Virus record (IMG/VR): IMGVR_UViG_3300020183_000010
Direction: 5' to 3' (one strand)
DNA from: a virus
Length of the DNA stretch: 64,000 nucleotides
A model generated the notes under the pieces. That model saw only the letters and a program-made list of their open reading frames with translations. It ran no database searches and was not told the origin of the DNA. The first letter of the stretch is position 1. Every line of letters begins with the position of its first letter. Below, in pieces: positions 57,602-64,000 of this stretch. The translations under genes and the position numbers were made by a program.

Positions 57602-58098
57602 TAAAAATCTTCGTTAGTTATCATTATATCATAGTCAGAAAATTGAAAAAAATCCTCCCGGTCTGCTATTAATCTTCTTTCGACGCTATCAGCATCATTT
57701 CTGCTTTTCAATCTCTCTATTCTTGTTTCTTCTGAAGGATTCAAATAAATAACAAAAGATTCATCTCTAAATGATTTAGGTAAGCTTCTAAGACCTGCAG
57801 GACTAAGAATAAAAAGATTTTTTACCGAGAATTCATCTTTAGATATTCCGTACTCCCATCCATTAAATTCTTGGAGCTCTAGAAAAATATCGGAATTAAA
57901 ATTGAAGAAATTCTCATCTCTGTAGTAATAATCTACTCCTTCCAACTCTCCATCTCTAGGAGGTCTGCTAGTAAAAGATACTCCATATTCGAATCCCCTC
58001 TCTGCCATTTTTTTTCTTAAGAAGTCTTTTCCTGATCCTCCGGGACCTACTATGATTATCTTTGCCTTCATGTTATTATTGTATATTATATTAAGCAT
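57601..58098 (-). CDS. gmk: Guanylate kinase (probable start 58071)
   Basis: GPGGSGKD, SFTSRPPRDGELEGVDYYY, FNGWEYG. Confidence 0.88.
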   Translation of the reverse strand: MLNIIYNNNMKAKIIIVGPGGSGKDFLRKKMAERGFEYGVSFTSRPPRDGELEGVDYYYRDENFFNFNSDIFLELQEFNGWEYGISKDEFSVKNLFILSPAGLRSLPKSFRDESFVIYLNPSEETRIERLKSRNDADSVERRLIADREDFFQFSDYDIMITNEDF

Positions 58099-58135
58099 TA
58101 TGTATAATTTACGTATTAAATGCCTAGTATACTTA

Positions 58136-59083
58136 TCATTTATTTACTATTTGTTGTAGAGAAAATATACAAGCAGATAGACTAAGTGCTGGATCTATAA
58201 CAAGGTTTCTTTCAGATTGATACTTAGCAACGGTAATTATAATAGCTGGTATTGTATTCATCTTATCTGGACGTTTTTCAGATATCCAGTTTATAAATTC
58301 AGATCCAAGAGAAGATAGGACCTCATCCACTTTACCTGAATATTGACCCATGATTAAGCTATAGTTTTCCATAGGTCCTTTAGAATTAAATATTATATCA
58401 AATATCTCTTCATTATTCCAGACAACCTCATTTATTTTTTGTTCAGTAAGATCTGTAACACCATCTATATTCCATCTTTGTATAGTGTTCAAAACTGATC
58501 TCATATCGGGGAAGTATTTTTTAGTAAAACTCTCCAGAACATGAATGTCATGATTTATTCCCATAAGATCTAATATTTTACCAACTCTATCCTTCCATTG
58601 AGATTTTATTTCGTTTTCCTCGCCTTTATCAATAGGATCAAAATCATATGTTTGGAATCTTGATCTGATAGCATCAGGAATTTTATTAATATAATTGCAC
58701 GTAGCTATAAATCTGGTAGTCTTTGCATATTTCTCTATAGTTCCTCTTAAAGCTTTGTAAAACTGATCTGATGCTCCGTCAAACTCATCTAGAACAACTA
58801 TCTTTATCATATTTTCTCCGTCTAGTATAGAAACGGTAGAACAGAAGTCATGTATTTTTGTTCTTATTGTTTCAACTGAACTTTCGTCAGATACATTTAT
58901 AAATATGTGCGGATGTCCTTTTATTAGAATTTTAGCCATACTGGTTTTACCAGATCCAGGAGATCCCGATAATAATACATTTTGTTGTAGACCATCATCA
59001 AAGGAAGCCTTTATCCTTTGTGGAAGTATCATATGTTTTAATTCCCTCGGTCTTAATTTTTCAGTTAATAGTTCTTGTATCAT
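58136..59083 (-). CDS. gp44: Clamp-loader large subunit (T4 gp44/RFC-like AAA+)
   Basis: EKLRP, GSPGSGKT, INVSDE, LDEFD, ALRG.IE, FIATCN, IRSRF, PDMR. Confidence 0.9.
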   Translation of the reverse strand: MIQELLTEKLRPRELKHMILPQRIKASFDDGLQQNVLLSGSPGSGKTSMAKILIKGHPHIFINVSDESSVETIRTKIHDFCSTVSILDGENMIKIVVLDEFDGASDQFYKALRGTIEKYAKTTRFIATCNYINKIPDAIRSRFQTYDFDPIDKGEENEIKSQWKDRVGKILDLMGINHDIHVLESFTKKYFPDMRSVLNTIQRWNIDGVTDLTEQKINEVVWNNEEIFDIIFNSKGPMENYSLIMGQYSGKVDEVLSSLGSEFINWISEKRPDKMNTIPAIIITVAKYQSERNLVIDPALSLSACIFSLQQIVNK

Positions 59084-59655
59084 TTTATATTTTTTAATAT
59101 TCTTTCCATCTCAGCATTAACAACTACCTGAGCTATCTTTTTATACTCATCTCTTATTATAGATTTCTGTTGTTCCGTTGCAGAGCGCATGTTATGAGAC
59201 TTAAGATGCCTCCATTTGACCATTACGGAAGCTCTATATATTTCATAACTTTTTAGTTCATTCCTTTTTGCATTTATAAGAATTTTAAATATTTTTTCCT
59301 TTGTAGGATTTTCTATTTTTATAAGTTTAGTGGGAATTTTTTTAAGAGAAATTTTAGATACTATTTCTTCTATGTATGTTCCAAAATTTTTATTGAAATT
59401 TTCATTTCTCTCTATAGTTTTTTGCCTACTAATTTCCTTTGCTCTTTCTGAGTGGTATTTTATCTTCTCTGGATTTTTTGCCACATACTCAATCTGATAC
59501 TTTCTTGTTTTTTCTCTGTTATTAGATTTCCATTCTTTTGATTTTTGTTTAGCACATATAACACACTTATAAGGCTTTAACCCATCAATATAGAAATCGA
59601 TATACCCATGAATTTTACATTTCCATTTAACAAATTTTGTTTTCTTTACCTCCAT
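59080..59655 (-). CDS. Basic protein with N-terminal zinc ribbon, possibly derived from a homing endonuclease
   Basis: CKIHG...CVIC followed by a K/R-rich helix (WKSNNREK, YVAKNPEK); no nuclease motif seen. Confidence 0.5.
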   Translation of the reverse strand: MEVKKTKFVKWKCKIHGYIDFYIDGLKPYKCVICAKQKSKEWKSNNREKTRKYQIEYVAKNPEKIKYHSERAKEISRQKTIERNENFNKNFGTYIEEIVSKISLKKIPTKLIKIENPTKEKIFKILINAKRNELKSYEIYRASVMVKWRHLKSHNMRSATEQQKSIIRDEYKKIAQVVVNAEMERILKNIK

Positions 59656-59672
59656 ATATTACTAAAATTAAA

Positions 59673-60998
59673 CTATTTACACAAACCACTCATATCATCA
59701 CCCAGGTCCTTATCATTTCTTATTTCTATAAATCTAGGTAAGAACAAAGACCAATTATCATTTTTATCGTTAATAATAACATTATACTGTATAGCACACA
59801 CTTTACCAATCTGAGAATCTGGATTATCGCTAAGATCCTTAAGATCCTGATCTGTAAAACCTGCACCCACCTTAACTTTAACTGTCCCAGATGAATCTTC
59901 ACAATAAAATCCGCCAATAAGTCCTTCCCTCTTTCCCTCTCCTGGATACCAGCCAGTAATTATTAGATCACAATCGTTAACCTCCTTAAGTTTTATCCAA
60001 TTTTTTGATCTTTTACACTCGTATACATGTTCGGGATTTTTGAGTATTACTCCTTCTCCACCTCTAGCAACTATTTTATTATAGTAAGCGTAGATGTCTT
60101 CTTTTTCAGTAGTCAAGAAAGAATCTGCAAGCGTAAGGGAAGTCGTGTTATATGTACTAAAAACACCTTCTAATGTACTTCTTCTCACATCAAAAGGTAT
60201 GATTCCTTTTCCAGTTTTTAGTGTGTCTGCATCCTCGAGATCAAAAACGTTATAAAGAAGATCGTCTCCAATAGAATCAGAAGGCTTACCTTTTAGCATT
60301 TGTGTCACTTTACCAGAAACACTCTTTCTATTTAGGTCCGTAAGTTCTCCATCAAAAAACCATTCTCCTTTTAACCCCGAATTTTTAATTAGGGTCAAGC
60401 ATTCGTCTGAAATCTTCTTTAAATATTGATTAGGTATCTCGTTGAAGGCTCTTGTGTAAAATTTTACCTCCTCACCAACAACAAATGCAATTACCCTTAC
60501 TCCGTCATATTTTTCTTCACAGACTATAGAATCCCATTTTTTTATCTCGTCTTCGTCGTCTTGTGCAAGCATCAAGCTAGGATCTGGTATGACCTCTTTG
60601 TTAAAAGATTTGTTTATTAACTTAGCACCAATTCCTATATTTAATCTTTTCGTTAAAACCTTAGCAAGTATTTTTCTTTCGTCCTCCGATAGGGGATAAC
60701 AGTTAATAATTTCAAAAGCTTCTTCCCTTAATTTGTCATTTGCAGCTGGAGCATAGAAAAGTTTTTCTGTTAGATTTTTAAATCTATCAAAAATATCTTC
60801 GCTTTCTACAATGTAGGGAGATTCAGAAAGTATTGGAAGTTTATGTAATTTAGTTGTTAGAAAAGGATCTAGTGCGACTTTTAAAAGATACTCCAATTCC
60901 TTAGAGTAGTTATTTTTTATAAGATCCTGTTTTATTTTTTGTGATCCATTGCCTGTCGTGTTCTCTATTTCTAATAGAATCCTTAGTTCTTTTTGCAT
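59673..60998 (-). CDS. gp30: ATP-dependent DNA ligase
   Basis: EEKYDGVR (motif I), FDGEL, VFD, EGVILK, YECKRSKNWIKLK, VGAGF, FLPRF..IR.DK. Confidence 0.95.
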   Translation of the reverse strand: MQKELRILLEIENTTGNGSQKIKQDLIKNNYSKELEYLLKVALDPFLTTKLHKLPILSESPYIVESEDIFDRFKNLTEKLFYAPAANDKLREEAFEIINCYPLSEDERKILAKVLTKRLNIGIGAKLINKSFNKEVIPDPSLMLAQDDEDEIKKWDSIVCEEKYDGVRVIAFVVGEEVKFYTRAFNEIPNQYLKKISDECLTLIKNSGLKGEWFFDGELTDLNRKSVSGKVTQMLKGKPSDSIGDDLLYNVFDLEDADTLKTGKGIIPFDVRRSTLEGVFSTYNTTSLTLADSFLTTEKEDIYAYYNKIVARGGEGVILKNPEHVYECKRSKNWIKLKEVNDCDLIITGWYPGEGKREGLIGGFYCEDSSGTVKVKVGAGFTDQDLKDLSDNPDSQIGKVCAIQYNVIINDKNDNWSLFLPRFIEIRNDKDLGDDMSGLCK

Positions 60999-61055
60999 GA
61001 ATGTATTTTTAGCTAATATAGAAATCCATTTTAAATAATAAAAAGGATTCTTATA

Positions 61056-61083
61056 TTATACTAAATAAAAGTAATAAGTTTTC
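61056..61083 (-). promoter_or_regulatory. Bipartite promoter-like motif GAAAAC-N16-GTATAA upstream of DNA ligase
   Basis: 16-nt spacer counted by hand. Confidence 0.5.
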
Positions 61084-61085
61084 GA

Positions 61086-62753
61086 TTAGATTTCCGCTGC
61101 TGCTTCCCCGCCTGCTGCTGCGTCTCCACCTGCTGCTGCGTCTCCGCCTGCTGCTGCGTCTCCACCTGCTGCTGCTGCGTCTCCTCCGGTAGCTCCGGTA
61201 GCTCCAGCTTTTCCTTCCTCTTCCGCTTTTTTCACATAGGACTTATTTAACTGTATATCCTCATAAGATAGATCTAGCCATCTTTCTATCATAAAGTCCT
61301 GGTCGAAGAACTGAACCTCTTCCTCATTTACTGTTTCTTTGACTTCCCCTAGTGCAGTAATAAAATCAATTCTTTTTATTAACTGCTCTATCTCTCTTGA
61401 TTCACCAAATAAATTATCGCTTTCAAACTTAACACCTATTTGACTTCTAAATTCAGAATCATTCTTAAGGTCTGGAAAATCTAGACACATTTGAATCCAA
61501 AGAGGCTTAACTATTATTTCTTGGAATATTGATCTTAGCCTAGTTATAAACTTAGCAAATCTTACCTCGTCTCTTTCCGCTCCGTCAGCACCTGTTTTAA
61601 AAACGTTATTTGATCCAACACCAAATCTAGAAGAAAATCTGTTGTAAGGTATTTTAGAATCTTGTCTTAACTTGTTGTAAAAATAAACAACTGAATCCAT
61701 AATGTTTAAATTCGGACCTTGTGCGTTAAGTGTTTCGATTTTAACAGATTCACCTCCCTGCTGCGGGAATAAATAATTTTTATAAAATTGTATATCCGGC
61801 CTACCATTTATTGATAATTCACCGGAAGTTGTATCTAATTTAATATCTTCTTTATACACAGACATTAATTCCCCTAAGGTTTCTTTAGCTTTTTGTGGTG
61901 CTTTGCTACCAATAGGAACAGTCATTTTAATTCTGTATTGTGCATTCATGACATTCCATATTATTCTAGAATGCTCCATAATTTTTAGTAGGTTATAAGA
62001 TCTTATTAATCTTTCTGTATAAGAAACCCTAGATACGGTGTTTGCTTTAGCATATGATATGTAGATAACCTGTGCATCTAAAAGTTTTCTTTGTCTAACA
62101 GTTTCTCCGTAATACTGCCACCAAATTGTTTCTCTAGTTCCGCCCGGTTTCTTTTCGACCGCTGGGGTTAAACTCACTGGGTCTAATTCCTTAAATCCTA
62201 TTATTTCTTTCCCGTCGTTTGAATAGATTATTTCAAAAGCTAAAAATCCCTCTACTACTAATTGTCTAAAGTATTGCCAAGCAGTTAAGCCATTAGCAAA
62301 ATTGTGTAAAACATATAGCTTTCTGAAATTTTTTCTCATAGCTTTTATGACGTCATCTTTGAGATCCATGCTCATTAGAGCTGGATGACAAAAGAAATTC
62401 TTTTCGTCATAAACTATAGCTTCGTCACATATTGTATCTAAAATATATTCGATCTCAGCGTTTAAAGCAAAGGTTCTAAGAAAATCTCTCTTGAATGGGT
62501 AATCCTTATCGAAATATGCTATATATTTTCTATTAGATGTATCCTGTGCTGCTATACTGTATATAAAATCCTCGTCCGAATCTGTAAATCCGAACCTTTC
62601 TCTCATATTAGCTTCAGATACACCTATTGCCATAGAGTCTTGGATAACCATATCCTTATACTCCATACCAAAAGATCCAAGACCACTAATAGTTTTTAAT
62701 ATCCTTGAGATATTGGGATTTATTTTTCCTAAGTTGTCTAAAAATCCAGCCAT
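61086..62753 (-). CDS. gp20: Portal protein (T4 gp20-like), paralogue A
   Basis: EIEYILDTICDEAIV, GFKELDP, SYTERLIRSYNLLKIMEH, FYNKLRQDSKIPYNRF, RDEVRFAKFITRLRSIF, F..DN.F.ESRE.E. Confidence 0.88.
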   Translation of the reverse strand: MAGFLDNLGKINPNISRILKTISGLGSFGMEYKDMVIQDSMAIGVSEANMRERFGFTDSDEDFIYSIAAQDTSNRKYIAYFDKDYPFKRDFLRTFALNAEIEYILDTICDEAIVYDEKNFFCHPALMSMDLKDDVIKAMRKNFRKLYVLHNFANGLTAWQYFRQLVVEGFLAFEIIYSNDGKEIIGFKELDPVSLTPAVEKKPGGTRETIWWQYYGETVRQRKLLDAQVIYISYAKANTVSRVSYTERLIRSYNLLKIMEHSRIIWNVMNAQYRIKMTVPIGSKAPQKAKETLGELMSVYKEDIKLDTTSGELSINGRPDIQFYKNYLFPQQGGESVKIETLNAQGPNLNIMDSVVYFYNKLRQDSKIPYNRFSSRFGVGSNNVFKTGADGAERDEVRFAKFITRLRSIFQEIIVKPLWIQMCLDFPDLKNDSEFRSQIGVKFESDNLFGESREIEQLIKRIDFITALGEVKETVNEEEVQFFDQDFMIERWLDLSYEDIQLNKSYVKKAEEEGKAGATGATGGDAAAAGGDAAAGGDAAAGGDAAAGGEAAAEI

Positions 62754-62759
62754 TTTATT

Positions 62760-63998
62760 TTATAGTGTAAATTCGTCTCCTCCTGTAGCTCCTTCAGCTC
62801 CTGTAGCTCCCTCTGCTCCGGTAGCACCTGCTTCAGCTTCAGCTGCTTTTTTCTTTTCCTCAGCTGCTTTTTCTTTAAATTTCCTGTTAGTTGTTAAATC
62901 TTGTCCTTTAACACCTAACCATCTATCTACTAAGAAATCCATACTGAAGTATTTTTTCCCTTGAGAGTTCATTAGAGCAGATATTTTAATTATTTGATCC
63001 TTTCTAGCTGTTAGAACCTCCATTTCTTTTGCTTCTCTGAACATGTTCTCTTTAACATAATCCAAACCAAACTCTGACTTTATTAAATAATCTTTTTTAA
63101 GATGTGGAAAATCCAAACAGAATTGAACCCATAAAGGCTTCATTAGTATCTCTTGATATATTGATCTTAACCTGTTTATAAATTTACCGAACCTAACCTC
63201 CTCTTGATCTAATCCCTCTGCGGTAAAAGTAATTGTTCCTTCGGATCCTGACTCCTCTCTACCGAATCTAGTAGCAGGTATTTTTGAATCCATTCTAAGT
63301 TTATTTGCAAAGTACTTAAGAACTGTTGTATCAGAGAATGCTGTAGCATCTCCTCCACCTGGTAAAGGTTGTATATCTGGGGTTCCGTTAGGAGAGGAAG
63401 GCATTAAATAGTTCTTAAAAAATTGAATCTTTGGTCTTCCGTCTACACTTAATTCCCCACTATCTGTATTAAGTCTTATATCCTCTTTATATATGGACAT
63501 TAGTTCTCCTAATGTCTGTTTAGCTTTTTGTGGGGATCTCGTACCAATAGGAACCGTCATTGCCATCCTGTATGATGAGTTCATTACGTTCCATATAATT
63601 CTGGTGTGCTCCATTATTCTAAGTAGATTAAATGATCTAATCATTCTTTCACAATAACTAACTCTGGATGATGTTCCTCCACCTTTAGCATAACTTATAT
63701 AAATTATCTGCGAATCATATAATTTTCTAGTTAATGATGGATTATCCGGATATTGTATCCATATATCGGTAAAACTCCCGTCAGGTTGTGATTCTACTGT
63801 TGGTATTAGTGACCAGGGATCTAATTCTTTAAACCCTACAATATTTTTACCTTTCTTGTCAAATACTATCTCAAAAGCTATATTTCCGTCTACTAGAAAT
63901 TTTCTGAATAAATGCCAAGCTGATATATCTTGATTAAATCCGAAAAGATTGTAGATCTCCTTATATCTTTTTTGGACTTTCTCATATGTTTCATCGTC
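62760..63998 (-). CDS. gp20: Portal protein (T4 gp20-like), paralogue B, 5' end outside the window
   Basis: The frame extends upstream of the annotated ATG (63644) to the window edge: DDETYEKVQKRYKEIYNLFGFNQDISAWHLFRKFLVDGNIAFEIVFDKKGKNIVGFKELDP. It is collinear with paralogue A. Confidence 0.88.
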   Translation of the reverse strand, partial: DDETYEKVQKRYKEIYNLFGFNQDISAWHLFRKFLVDGNIAFEIVFDKKGKNIVGFKELDPWSLIPTVESQPDGSFTDIWIQYPDNPSLTRKLYDSQIIYISYAKGGGTSSRVSYCERMIRSFNLLRIMEHTRIIWNVMNSSYRMAMTVPIGTRSPQKAKQTLGELMSIYKEDIRLNTDSGELSVDGRPKIQFFKNYLMPSSPNGTPDIQPLPGGGDATAFSDTTVLKYFANKLRMDSKIPATRFGREESGSEGTITFTAEGLDQEEVRFGKFINRLRSIYQEILMKPLWVQFCLDFPHLKKDYLIKSEFGLDYVKENMFREAKEMEVLTARKDQIIKISALMNSQGKKYFSMDFLVDRWLGVKGQDLTTNRKFKEKAAEEKKKAAEAEAGATGAEGATGAEGATGGDEFTL

Positions 63999-64000
63999 GA

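Noticed and set aside
61086-63644. Portal gene split by an intron, intein or frameshift
   Set aside because: The two ORFs cover the same homologous regions, so they are paralogues rather than halves.

Overview
A 64-kb, AT-rich, densely coding segment of a T4-like (gp23/gp21/gp20) jumbo phage genome, mostly on the minus strand and read in the standard code. The host may be Bacteroidota, inferred from A-rich leaders without Shine-Dalgarno sites and a CBS-less KdsD. Six parts: (i) a ~12-kb glycan cluster (gmd, fcl, kdsD, kdsA, GT2, GT10-like, three paralogous DxD transferases, pyruvyl transferase, several methyltransferases, and an inverted methyltransferase + HipA-like kinase pair); (ii) a head module with the major capsid gene, a prohead protease fused to a 14-aa-repeat scaffold, and many unknown proteins carrying T4-like capsid-targeting and cleavage motifs, including an almost pure Asp/Glu protein; (iii) accessory enzymes (NUDIX, RimK-protease fusion, AsnB-like, P-loop kinase, nucleotidyltransferase, 3'-5' exonuclease, degenerate UvsE, Maf/GT29-like transferase); (iv) a fibre module in which a 1557-aa multidomain glycosyltransferase with a TibC/Aah-type protein O-glycosyltransferase domain lies directly downstream of a Gly-Thr-Ser/Gly-Ser-Ser collagen-like fibre and a Gly-X-Thr collagen fibre; (v) a replication operon (ligase, clamp loader, guanylate kinase, RNase H/FEN); (vi) two tandem portal paralogues. 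Two promoter-like motif classes and hairpins that could occlude start codons are visible in the intergenic DNA. The best candidate for an undescribed system is phage-encoded O-glycosylation of virion collagen fibres. All family calls come from motif recognition by eye, not database searches.
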